Assembly (NCBI GenBank): GCA_965240325.2
Contig: OZ251231.1
Location: 1,922,001-1,986,000, forward strand
DNA length: 64,000 bases
Direction: 5' to 3'
From: Rebecca billardiae RCC1528
Lineage: Eukaryota; Protista; Haptophyta
The notes below the pieces were generated by a model. That model had not been told where the DNA came from. It ran no database searches and saw nothing but the letters and a program-made list of their open reading frames with translations. Each line of letters begins with the position of its first letter. Positions within the stretch are counted from its first letter, which is position 1. Below are positions 37,265 through 48,777 of the stretch, piece after piece. Both the position numbers and the translations under genes were made by a program.

Positions 37265-37726
37265 GGCTACTCACTAACCGACTACTAGCAGTCGTATACT
37301 AACCGTTGGCGTTGTCCGAGGAGGTAATCCGAGCAGTCGCGTTGATGATGACCGTTTTTTTTCTGCTGGGCGCCATGCGCGCCACTTTAGTCTTTACATA
37401 CTACTGTGGCGGTGTCTTTGTGCAGTGTTGGATGGCGTTAATCACGCCTTAACCAAGTCAAAGTGTGCACGTCGTTAAATCATAGTAAACTGTAAAGACT
37501 AAAGATGAGGTGCGGCAACGCGCCCCTCGCCCCCTCACCTGCCTGCGGCTGCGCCGGTCTGTTTTGTGGCGGTGTCTTTGTGCAGTGTTGACGATGGCGT
37601 CAATCACGCCTTAACCAAGTGTGCACGTTAAATCATAGTAAACGGTGAATCTTGTGACTGTGAGACTTGTGACTGTGGCCCGCCAAGGCTGCCAAAGCCC
37701 GGAAGTAATATTATAATAATAATAAT

Positions 37727-40152
37727 ATGACCGCGTTCCGCGGTCCTTCCGTAGAACCAACGTAGTTAGGGGCCCGCGGTGCACCCTCCGTCGGCATATG
37801 CTGTCCGTCCAACGCGCGGCCGTAGCGGCAGCAGCAGCGCGGAGCGCCGTCGAGCACGCGCGGCAAACGAATAATGGAATATTATGCAGCGCGGGCGAGT
37901 CGACGGTCTGGAAAATGCGCGATCACGCCACAGCAGGCTGGCAGAGCCCGCCCCGAGCTGCAGCATGCGCCGTAGGTGCTGCCCCAAGCTCTCCGGACTG
38001 CCCGTAAGCGGCGGCATGTGCGGCGGCGCCGGCGGCGGCCATGCTGCCCCGCCGTTGCGCGCCGCGGGGCGCTGCCAGCACCTCCGTGGTGAAGCGCACA
38101 GCGCTCGAGCCCACAGGGGCTGGCGACCGTCAAACCGACACCCCATGACACGGGCCGGGGCTGCGTGTGCCAGCTGCACGCACCCCCTGGGCCCACCTGG
38201 CCCGCTCGAGCAGCTCGCGCCTTGGGTGCGCACAGCGGCTCGAGTATACTGGTATGGGACGCCTGCTGCGGTGCCGCCGAGCGAGCACGTGCGGCCGAGG
38301 GTCACGCAGCACGGGCGACTCGACGGCGGCGAGCAGGCGCGACGGCCTCGCCGCGCCGCGGTAGAGCCTGCCCGGGCTGCAGCACGCCGCCGTAGGAGCA
38401 GCCCAGCGCCCTCCTCCGCCCTCCAGCTTCGGCGCGCGCAGCAGGCCCGGCGGCGGACATGCTGGCGTGCCCAAGCAAGCAGGCAGATGGGCGCTGCCGG
38501 CCGCGCCGTCGCAAAGCGCGCAGAACTCGAGCTCGGGGGGGCGGACGGCCGCCAAACTGGCGCCGCAGGACGTGGCACTGCGTGCGCCAGCTGCGCGCAC
38601 CCGCTGCGCCCGCGTAGCCCGTGCGAGCGCCGCGCCTCGAGCACACGCCGCAGCAGCTCGACACAGCCACTGCAGCGCGCACGCAGCCTGCACGGAGTGC
38701 ACGCCGTGGCCCGTCGGCATCTTGGAAGCCGCCGAGAGCGTGTGCTTTCCCCGCACGACGGCGGTAGCTGCCGCGATGTATACGAGCGTGCTGCCGCGCC
38801 GGCCGCCGCTGCCCGGCCGCTGCGCCGGCTTCCACTCCGCGCCCGCTGCGCGTCCGCAGCCAGCTGGCAGCTGCGCCCGCCGTCAGCCGGCCCGGTGGCC
38901 AGCTGCCGCGCTCGCTGGGCGACCACTCGATGATGCGCGCAGCGTAAAGTGCGCGCTGGGCACCTCCTCGTCGCGTGCAATTTCGAGGTAGTCCTGCATC
39001 TGCTCCTGCATCAGCCCCTCCCACCCTGCGCGCGGGCGCGGACGGAGTCGCACGCACGCGGTCCGATCGACGATCGATCGAGGCGCGGGCCGCGGCGGGA
39101 CGGGCGTCGACGCGCAGGTTAGGTAGGTATGGTGCCGGCGCTTCCCGCAGGCGTTGCGCGCTTGGGGCGAGTGGGGCGCGTGGGCGAGACCAGCGGCCAG
39201 CCAGCCCACGCCACCGGCGCGAGGGCACCGGCGCGGCGCGCACACACACTTTGGGCCGCGGACCTGGTCGCGGGGCCGCCGCGCGGCTGCGTGACCGGCA
39301 GCTGTGAGTGAGCTGATCGAGTGAGCAAGCCGAATGCGCGTCCGGAGGTACCTGCAGGCGCGCTCGGGGAGGGCCGAGGGCGATAGGTCGAGACCAGCGG
39401 CCGGCCGGCACCCGTCGCGCACGCACTCGGTGCGCGCCTTTGAAGGCGGCATCCTCGCTCGGGCCGATGTCGTCGCGCCGCTCGCGAGCACGAGACAGCT
39501 GACAGGCGGGTAACTTGGTTGTGACAAGCGCTATTCAAAAGAATATCTTTCAATATTATCAAGGCGGTTCATCCATCGAGGCAAGCGGGTAACTGGCTTT
39601 AAATAGCGTTATTCAAAAGAATCTCTTCAATATGATGAGGAGGTTCATCCAACGAGACAGGTGGGTAACTTGGTTTAAAAGCGCTATTCATTCAAAAGAA
39701 TCTCTTTCAATACCATGTCCATGAGGCGGTTCATCCATCGAGACAGGCGGGTAACTTCTTTTCGCAAGCGCTATTCAAAAGAATCTGGCCTCATAGCTGT
39801 TTTCGACCCAAAACAATCAAACGTCGCTCGGCAAACTCGTACTCCAGCATACAAGAAGGACAAAAATACTCACTTGTTTCACCCCCGGGGTATCTGATCC
39901 CACGTCCGTCCATCGACTTATGCGGAATGGCGTGGGCGCGCTTATTTCGTCAAGCGCGTAGTTGCTAATGCAGAGCACTATGGGCCAACGTACCCCTCGA
40001 AAAATCGAAAACTCACCCTCCAAGGCTCCAACAGCCCTCGTCAAAATCGTCCCCCATCCCCTTTTCTTTGATCAAAAGATCTTTTTGACAACGTAGTGAG
40101 GGCCCCCGGCGGGGCTCCACGCTACGCGCTCCGCCCTGCACCGCGGGCCATA
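37727..40152 (-). mobile_element. Helentron/HINE (Helitron2-type) non-autonomous element A
   Basis: Asymmetric subterminal IRs GGCCCGCGGTGCA (37771-37783) and TGCACCGCGGGCC (40137-40149). Terminal stem-loop GACCGCG-TTC-CGCGGTC at 37729-37745. Insertion is in a (TAA)n tract, the empty site is visible at 37041-37080, and both ends are shared with element B. Confidence 0.75.
39503..39786. repeat. ~80-bp degenerate tandem repeat (~3.5 copies) inside element A
   Basis: Recurrent GCGGGTAACT...GCGCTATTCAAAAGAATCT...GGTTCATCCATCGAG. Confidence 0.85.
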
Positions 40153-40209
40153 ATAACAGCATACTTAAATTTGAGTGATTATCGTCGCGTGGCAGCGGCG
40201 GTGGAATAA

Positions 40210-42780
40210 TTAATATTCGCGGCGGCCTTCGAGCCGTTGCAAGCGGTCTGGTTGACACCGCTCGCGGATGTCGTCGTTGGTCAGCTTGCTCGTGTTGCAC
40301 TGGAAGTAGTTCGTCCCGCCTTCGAGTAGGCCGTGCGGCGCGATGCACGGAGAGGTGCCGCCTACGCCTGCGTAGTAGTGCGGCACGACGGTGCCAGGTG
40401 GCAGCTGCTCGAGCGGGGTGTACGGCTCGGCAAGGTCGACAAGCTCGGCGACGGGAATGCGGTTGCTGTTCAGCGCGTGCCCCGTGAACTGCATCGAATC
40501 GTACCCCGCGGCCCGAGCCGCGCGGATGGTGCACCGACTCAGTGCGAGCAGCAGCCGCCTCTCCGAGCGTGGCAGATTGGGACCGTCAGGGTCGATCTCG
40601 CACGGGAACGTGATGTTGAAATGCATGTTCGCATCCGCGTGCCCCCGGAACACGAGTGTTGCGCCCACATCGAAGTAGACGCCCGTGCCGGCGATGGAGT
40701 AAATCCAGTTCACCCGCGACTCCCAATCATGGTTAGGGAAAAGATGCAGCACCTGCGACGGGCCATGCGAAGGGGGCAGGTGCGCCGAGGGGGGCGTGCG
40801 GCGAGTGCGCGGTGACGCAGAGTGGGATGTCCCGCGCGTGCGTCACACCGCAGGATGGTCCCTGTTGTCGGTTGCACAGAGGCTGCAGCGCGCTGCCATC
40901 GTGCACGCACAGCAGTGCCGCGCGCGCGCGCCCGGCCATGTGCACACCTCCACGCGCGTGTGATTTGGCGCCCAGCGCCCGACCTCCGTGCGCCACACCC
41001 AGGCTGGCTGTGGCCTGTGAAGCTGAGTACTTGCTCTTGCGAGCCAGCCGCCCGGAAGCCACACTGCGGCTCGCCGGGCGAGCGTGAGCACGCACGCCTG
41101 GGTCAATCCAGAGCCATAGACAGCCTGCATGTAGGCTGTCACGTTGCGCACCATGCCAATGGACGCGCTCTCGGTGCGAATCTGCTTGGTGGCGGGGGCG
41201 TCGGGTGCGCCACTGTGAGCGCCGCCACCTGACCGCCGCTCTGGCCTGCTCCGTCGCCGGGCGCCATCAGCCTCGCACGCAACGAGGAGCCCCGTCGACG
41301 CCGCCCCCGCGCCGCTGCTGCGTGGGCGGCACACGTCCGGGATCGTGTACCCATAGCACAGGTAGTCCTGCACGTACACGCGGCACACGATGCGCATCAG
41401 CTCTGGCTCAGAGCGCAGCGCCGCCTTGAGCTGCCGCTCGAGATCGCGCACGGTCGGCACTGAACCAGCCGGCGGAGGCGGCGCGTCTGGCTGCTCCGCG
41501 CGCTTGATCACGCTGAGGATCTCCTTCGGGACGCGCCACTCCTCGTGCCGGAACAGCTTCTTCGCGTTCACGCGCGAGGCGGCGAGGTCCAAGCACTTGG
41601 AGGGCAGCGGAGAGCCTGAGCCGGCGAGCAGTGCGGTGAGCTCGGCGGTGAGGTTCTCCTGCCGCAGCACGCCGTGCAGCGTGGCGCTCGTCCACAGGGA
41701 GGTGAAACAAGCGGGCGGCGGCTCCATCGTCTCCACGCCACGTCCGAACGGTGTCGCGCGCTGCGCCGGCGACGACGACGACGAATCGTCCGACCCGCCG
41801 CTGTGCTCGTGCCCGTCCGCCCGCGGCTGCCTCACCCCAGCCATGGCGAGCATGTCTCGCTTTTGGAAGGACGCGAGCGACGCCACGTGCTGCCATGCCC
41901 TGTACTTGGGCACGCATTCGAGCTGGCGCATGAACGCGCGGAAGCGCTCGAGCTCGTCCACGCCCGCATCGGGCGGCAGCGGGAGGCTCGGGTCGAGCAG
42001 CGCGGGCATGTTGTCGGACTGGCCGCTCAGCAGCCAGCCCAGCTCGGATCGGCGCAGCTGCCTGGCGAGCCCGCGGACAGCCGCGGCACGCTCGGCGCTC
42101 CTCGGCTCGGTGTCCTTCGCCAGCTGGCGGGGCCTCGGCGTCAGGCCCATCGAGCGGAGCAAGTCCGGCACGTCCGTCGCCTTCACGAGCCGCAGCACTG
42201 CACCGCGCGAGGTCATCGCCGGCGAGAGCAGCCGCGATGTGATCTCCAGATAGCCAGACACGACGCGCGATGCGGGCTCCCGCGCCATGCCCACGTTCAG
42301 GGTAGGCTCGGTCGCGGCGCCGAATGCGCTCAGCATCAGCGGGGTGAGCTTGTCCTTATGCTTGGTGATTCTGAACGCGCAGTGGAGCGTGTCCCAGATG
42401 AGGCTCGTGCCAGCCTTCCATGATTCGTACAGGAGAATATTCGGCGTTGGGAGCGGGTGCATGTACGCGGGCACGTGGCATAGGTCCCACGGCACGGTGC
42501 CGCGCGTCGGGCTGCAGCGCTCCGGCTTGGGGAAATCCTCATCCTCGTACGTAGGGAGCCACGGCGTGGCGCTCCACTCTTGTGAATGGTTCAGCGGCCG
42601 CGCCGCATCGCCCGCGCGCTGTCCGTCTGCGCTTGGTCCGGCACCGACTGGTCGCATGCCACACTCGCGCACAAGCGCGCCCACGTGCGACGCCAGCGCG
42701 TCTGCAGCCTTCGGCGGCTCGAGACCCCGGTACGGGCAGACCCTGCCCGTTGCGAGCCATGCGAGGAGGACGGTCGCCAT
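40210..42780 (-). CDS. Sulfotransferase (Sulfotransfer_2-like) fused to an uncharacterised C-terminal domain (intron 40753-40947)
   Basis: Signal MATVLLAWLATG, 5'-PSB-like WKAGTS, 3'-PB-like AREPASRVVSGY and VYVQDYLCYGY. An in-frame intron links to the exon carrying GTGVYFDVG and AGYDSMQF. Confidence 0.7.
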
Positions 42781-43021
42781 GCCCCGTCCTTCAGTTGGTC
42801 AATGGCTGACACGTCGAGCGTCGGCCGTTTTTCACTTTTCAGGCAATTCTTTTCGGCCTCGTTTCTCGCGGGACGTGTGCATCCGGGCGGGCATCGCGCA
42901 TTGTGCAACCTGGGCCGAGCGGCTTTGGCTTTGGGTCGGGCCGCCTCCTGGCTTCCGGTGTCCGAACCCGCGTGCGACGGGATTCGTGGACCCCGGCGGA
43001 CTTCCCCTCGTGAGCGTGTAC

Positions 43022-44113
43022 ATGGTGCGCCCGCGGCCTGCCTCGCGCCGTTTCCCGGGCCTGCTCATCGCAGCTCAGCTTGCGTGGGCTCTGGTCGCCC
43101 GCGCGCCAGCGTGTTCAACCATCCAGCGCGTGATCACTAGGAGCGCGTCAGGAGGGTCCCTGCCCATCGCTTTGGTGCACGGCGAGAGCATGCTACCCTT
43201 CTTGGAGGACGTGGAGGTGGACATCGGCGAGGGCGCTGGCGACGCCAAGACCATGGCGTGCCTCAACACGACCTGCGTGAAGCCAGTGCGCAAGCTCGTG
43301 CCACTGCCGCCCAACACGACGCTCTTCACTCCCGAGCAGCAGGCCATCCTGCAGGCGTGCAGGTGGCGGCAGAGCGTGCGCGGCTGGGTGCTCTCGCAGC
43401 CCGCGCACGGCAAGCCCCCACGGTGTGCGGTTGTGGGTGGTGGCGGCGCGCTCTCCGGCAGTGGGTGCGGCCATAGCGTGGACTCGAATGATCTCATCTT
43501 TAGGATCAATCGGGCTCCATTCACGGGCTACGAGCGGGACGTTGGGTCACGTACCGACGTGCACATTATGAACGAGCACTGGCTGGCCCTCCTCTCGAAG
43601 GGCATCGTGCGCTCGGGCCAGGTGCTGGACGTGTTCAGCCGCTACGGGCGCGTCCCAGACACGTCGCGCAGAGCGCACTTTTTGCTGGATGCCAAGGCGG
43701 ACTGCCCGCGCCAGCTCGCTGCATGGAAGTGCGCCAACCCGCTCAGGCATCGCTTCCCCTTCGTGCCCGAGCGGTGGTCCGCGTGGTGCATCCCCAATGG
43801 CCTCAAGACGGAGCTGGCGGAGGTCAACATGAAGGCTGGCGGCAAGTGGCCCACCACTGGGCTCATAGCTGTTCTCCTCGCCTCCCTCCTCTGCCGCGAG
43901 GTCAACGTCTACGGGATGGTGGATGATACCACCGGGGCCTACAGCTACTACGCGAGGAGCACCGAAGCGATCAGCAACATGCATTGGCACAACTTCTCCG
44001 CGGAGCACAGGCTGTTGGACAGGTGGGTGCAGGAAGGCGTGAGCACAGGCCGCAGTGCACTCCATCTTCGTGAGCAGCGCGCCGAGCGTGCCAGCATCAT
44101 GGCATCAGCATAG
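43022..44113 (+). CDS. Glycosyltransferase family 29 (sialyltransferase-like)
   Basis: Sialylmotif L (RCAVVGGGGAL...IFRINRAPFTGYERDVGSRT), motif S (PTTGLIAVLLASLLCREVNVYG), motif III (YSYY) and VS (HNFSAE). N-terminal anchor. Confidence 0.9.
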   Translation: MVRPRPASRRFPGLLIAAQLAWALVARAPACSTIQRVITRSASGGSLPIALVHGESMLPFLEDVEVDIGEGAGDAKTMACLNTTCVKPVRKLVPLPPNTTLFTPEQQAILQACRWRQSVRGWVLSQPAHGKPPRCAVVGGGGALSGSGCGHSVDSNDLIFRINRAPFTGYERDVGSRTDVHIMNEHWLALLSKGIVRSGQVLDVFSRYGRVPDTSRRAHFLLDAKADCPRQLAAWKCANPLRHRFPFVPERWSAWCIPNGLKTELAEVNMKAGGKWPTTGLIAVLLASLLCREVNVYGMVDDTTGAYSYYARSTEAISNMHWHNFSAEHRLLDRWVQEGVSTGRSALHLREQRAERASIMASA

Positions 44114-44511
44114 GCCGCATCGGATGTGACGGCATCATCAATCATCATTCTGGAGATGCCCCTAGTAGCTAGCAGCTTTTGATCATCATGCAACGCATCA
44201 TTGTCATCCTTCTCCATCGTCATCAATAACTGATCATATATGACGACATCAACATTCGTCTGCTAAGTGTGATGATGATCGGCCAGGAGTCCAGGACCGT
44301 GACGAGGCCCGCTGCCCGGGCACCGCGTACTTAGTAACTGACCGTACCGGACCGTCACCGTACGGGCCGGGGCTCACCCGGGGCCGGACTGGCGCGGACC
44401 CTACGCGGACACGACGTCGACTGTGGCGACTGTCGTCCCGAGCCGCCGTTATAGACACGCCGGAGGTAGACCTATAGTCCGAATAGCCTGATATATGCCA
44501 GGTAGCTTACG

Positions 44512-44648
44512 TATATATATATAGCTATCTATATATGCTAGCTCTCATCTCTCTGTCAGTGTCTCTGACTGTCTCTCTGCTCTCTCTCTCTGACTCATCA
44601 GAGTCAGACTCGTCTCTCTCGAGATCTCTCTCTCTCTCTCTCTCTCTA
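44512..44648. repeat. (TA)n / (TC)n low-complexity tract
   Basis: Direct reading. Confidence 0.8.
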
Positions 44649-45116
44649 GTGGTGTTACGACGTAGTACGACTAAATTGTGACTAGTTCACTACTAGTAGT
44701 TCGTCTTATCTAACTATAGTGACGTGTCACCTGGGCCGTCCAGGCCCAGGGTCCACGGCCACACCCGACACCGCTGACGCGGGCGCTGCCGCTGGCGTCA
44801 ACATGACCGCCCGACAACCCCGGCGCTGTCCCCGGGCACTGATGACTGAGTCACTCGGACTCGGTGACTCGCGGCCAGCGCCGGGCGCCGGCCCCCGGGC
44901 CCGGCGGCCCGCCCGGCCGTGCATGGCCGGGCATCGCCATTCCGAATGCTTCAGTTCAGATGCGGAAATCCGGATTGGCTCGGTCGCGCGCGTCTCGGCA
45001 CAAGTCGCGGCCCGCCGCGCGGCGGATACAGTAACCGGCGGACGGAAGGCACGGTAGCTAGTAGCTAGTCTGGCAATTACGTCGCGTCAATAACTAACTA
45101 TAGCTTGAAACAGACT

Positions 45117-46748
45117 AATGACCGCGTTCCGCGGTCCTTTTCCGTAGAACGAACGTAGTTCAGGGCCCGCGGTGGCGGTGCACCCTCCGTCGCAGTCGTC
45201 CATTGACAGACCCGGAGTTGCATGCCCGTACAACTAGACTCTCCACCAGCGGCGCGCCGCCGCCCGCCGCGCCGCGGGCGGGCCCATCGCACTTCGCAGC
45301 CGCCGGCGCGGCGCCGATTGTATCCAGGCGTGATCGACGCATGAGCGCGACTCCACGTGCACGCCAGGCCACGCGAAGCTGACAGCCAGGGAGCACTGTG
45401 CGGGGCCGCGGATTCGTTCGGGCCGCCGTGCTGCTGACTGTGACCGCTGTCCCGGGTCACCGCGCACCGGCAGCGCCAGGATAGTTAGATGATTTGCACT
45501 GGTCCAAGTAGGGTTCGACCAGCGCCTGCGCGACGGCCGACAGGCGGGCGCGAGGCGTGATCGACGCATGAGCGCAACTCTACGTGCACGCCAGGCCACG
45601 CGGAGCTGACAGCCCGAGGGACGGCACGCAGTGCCGAGGTTCGAGGGCACCGCAGTCACAGATCGTTCGCGCACGCCGCGCGTGCACGGGCGGACACACC
45701 TCGATCAGGCTCGGCACGCGTTGCAGAGGCACAGCCAGCTCTGGGGACGGCACGCACCACCGTCGCCCGCGCAGCTCGTCCTCCTCCGGTAGAGTACCGT
45801 TCAGTTCCGAGGCGTAGCCCTCGCTCAGAGTCGACCGTCGACGATGGACTCGGATCGTCGGCGCTCCCCGGAAAGGCATGGCAAGGGCGGCGCGTGGTGA
45901 AGTCGAAGACTCAGAGATCGATCAGTCCGGCATCATCAGGCGCCGCTGCCCCCGAGCTTGCGAGAGCCCGAATACAGGGCGGCTGCCGCGGCGCCGGCCG
46001 GGGCGCCCCGGGCGACGCGCGCGGCCGCGCGCAGGCATCGACACGGGGCGGCGGGGGCGCGCGGAGTGAGCGGGGGCACGAACGCGATGTCGACGGCAGT
46101 CGGGACCCGCCACAGCCGCGCGCTCCAGGCGCAACTCGCCGCGCGCACCTGCCCATCGCCGTACTCACCCGTCGGTCGCTCGTGCGGCTCGCTGACCCTC
46201 TCGCGGAGAGTGCGCAGCAACCAAGGTTTGGCTTTGCTGGGCAGCCGTCCCCGGCTCCAGACTCGTGTCAGATACTATTGAGATACGCCGAAGTTGGCGC
46301 ATCGGCTACTGACCCTTGCCATGTTGGCTCCTGATACAGACACGGCGCGATTGAATAGCTAGTTGATTCAACTGATTCAAGGGACGTACATGGCCACATC
46401 GGTTCGCGGCAATCTCTATCTATATACGTCATCGCTCCTTGGACCTTGCTGCAATCTCATTGGCCGGAAAAATCGCGTGTAACGGTTCGTTACGTTAGGG
46501 ATCCTAAAGGGCGTGAAGTTTTTTGGACGGGCGTCACTCCACGCTTTACTATGAACTTGTTGTGGGCGCGACCTTTTTCGGCCGTGATGCGTGTTAGAGA
46601 GGGTCTCAAAATTCGAAACTCGGTCTCCTCCAGCCATGAAAATCGTCCCCCGTCCCTTTTTTCTTGATCAAAGATCTTTTTGAAACGTGGTTCGGGCCCG
46701 CTGGTGCGGGCTCCACGCTGCGCGCTCCGCCCTGCACCGCGGGCCATA
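45117..46748 (-). mobile_element. Helentron/HINE-like non-autonomous element B
   Basis: Same stem-loop (45120-45136), subTIR GGCCCGCGGTG (~45164) and TGCACCGCGGGCC (46733-46745). The ~110-bp end 46640-46750 is similar to 40044-40155. Confidence 0.72.
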
Positions 46749-48120
46749 ATAAGCGATTAAAGTGATGAGTGTTACATATTCAGTGTTATTGCACATATTA
46801 TGGCGCACGCCCCCCCCCCCCCCCCCCCCCCCGAAAGGTCTGAGCGTGAGCGAAAGCCGGGGGGGGGGGCGGCGCACGTGCTCCGCAAAATCAAAAAGAG
46901 GATGCGCGCAGGATTTTGGGGATTTTTCGGTAGGTGGCCACCGCGTATGAGTGGATATCGCTGCCGCAATGATTGCGTTTGTACTGCCCCTTAATTTTAA
47001 CGATAGTAACACTTAGGGGAATGCAGGGTGGAATAGCACATAACACCAGCCGTGTGTTAGAACATTCCGTCATAGTAAGATGCCTGAATTGTAAGAGCCT
47101 GAAACAGCTCGCCAACCATAGAAACGATAGGTTGGGTCGTCAGCTTTGATTCACGCGCTTCTGAAAAACAGCGTTTTAGATTAGACGCATCCCTCTTCTC
47201 TTAAGAGAACTGCGCTTCAAAAACACCGTTTCAACGAAAGACGATCGCCCGCCATTCAACTGAAACGAGAGCTGTTCACTCATCAGATTCATCAAAGCGA
47301 CGCGATATGGTATTGCGCGGGTAGCTTGAATCGACCTTCCCGCGCGCCGTGGTATCATACGGTTATCAAGCTACTCTTGTTGATATACTTTTGGTCATCT
47401 ACTGATACGACGTCAATGCGGGTGGCAATCGCCACCCGCATTGACGGGCCTGAAAGTCGAAGAGGCACGCACGGCCCAAGGCCGAAGAGGCACGGCTCGT
47501 TGCTTGCGGTTGGCAATGCGGGGTGCTGCACTGCACAGGCGCGGTGCGACGGGGAGCATTCCTTCTCCCGGGCGGCCACCACGGCCTCGGAGGTGGTGAG
47601 GAACGCGTCGGCGACCACGGCGTGGACCACCTCCGTCGCGCCGGACACCCCGGTCGCCCCTCACCGGACTCCACCCTCGCCGCGCGCTGACCGTTTGCCG
47701 GTCGAGCCGTGCTTGCTGTGCTGCCTGCGCGGCCCGGCGCGTGCCCCCGCGTGGTGCCACAAGGCGGGTGCAGACGTGGCGGCGCGGTGGTGCGTGCGAT
47801 CGGGGGACCCCACCTGAACTACGACACGGCTGCGCGCGCTCATCCGTGCTCATCACGGTGGTGGACGCGCGACTCGACGCGCGCATCGAGCGCGGCAGGC
47901 CGGCACGGCTCGGCTCGGCAGCCTGCTCGAGGCGCGAAGGCGCGCACCGCGCGCTGCCCGTGGGCGCGACGAGATGGTGCATCATCGCGCTACTTGCCAT
48001 CTTCCTCTCGCCACGCCTTCGACACGATGGCTGCGACTGCTGCTCGGAGGCGCGCTCCGGGGGGCTCACGCACGCGTTCAGAATTCGGGCTCGGCGGTGA
48101 CCGCGTGGACGAGGGGCAGC

Positions 48121-48590
48121 GCGGTGCACGGTGGCGGAGCGCGTGCGGAGCGCAGCCTACACCTACTACACGCTCCATCCAGACACATCGCGCATGCTCG
48201 CGCGACCTCCTCGGTCCATCACGCGCGCGTGCGCGCGCGAGCAGGTTTCGGCAGCTGCCGGGCGCGAGCAAGCACGGCGCGCCGCGTTGGCGCGCGCGCA
48301 CCGATACCCGTGCGCAGCTCGACGAGCGAGCGCGGTGTGTTTCGACGCGTATGGAGAGACGCGGTGCATCGTGGTGGAGCGCGTGCGGAGCGCAGCCTAC
48401 ACCTACTACACGCTCCATCCAGACACATCGCGCATGCTCGCGCGACCTCCTCGGTCCATCACGCGCCCGTGCGCGCGCGACGGCAGGTGTGCACTCAGTG
48501 CAGCCGCCGGGCGCGAGCACGGCGCGCCGCGTTGGCGCGCGCGCACCGATACCCGTGCGCAGCTCGACGAGCGAGCGCGGTGGGGTTCGA
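48121..48590. repeat. ~240-bp tandem duplication (2 copies)
   Basis: GCGGTGCA...GGAGCGCGTGCGGAGCGCAGCCTACACCTACTACACGC at 48121 and 48361. Confidence 0.9.
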
Positions 48591-48777
48591 TGCCGCCGAC
48601 CACCTCTGGCTTGGTCGCGCTCACGAGGCTGGTCGCGGGCCTAATCGTGCCGTGTATTGGCTGCCTGCTCGGTCATTGGTGAACTCGCGACGCCGACTAC
48701 AAGTACAACCGCGAGTACGGTTACACGTATTCTGGTAGGCATGCTGTGATTGTGAGTTTATGCAACTGTGATATTCT

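Noticed and set aside
39503-39786. CRISPR-like repeat-spacer pattern
   Set aside because: The whole ~80-bp unit is repeated with degeneracy, so it is a minisatellite inside a transposon.
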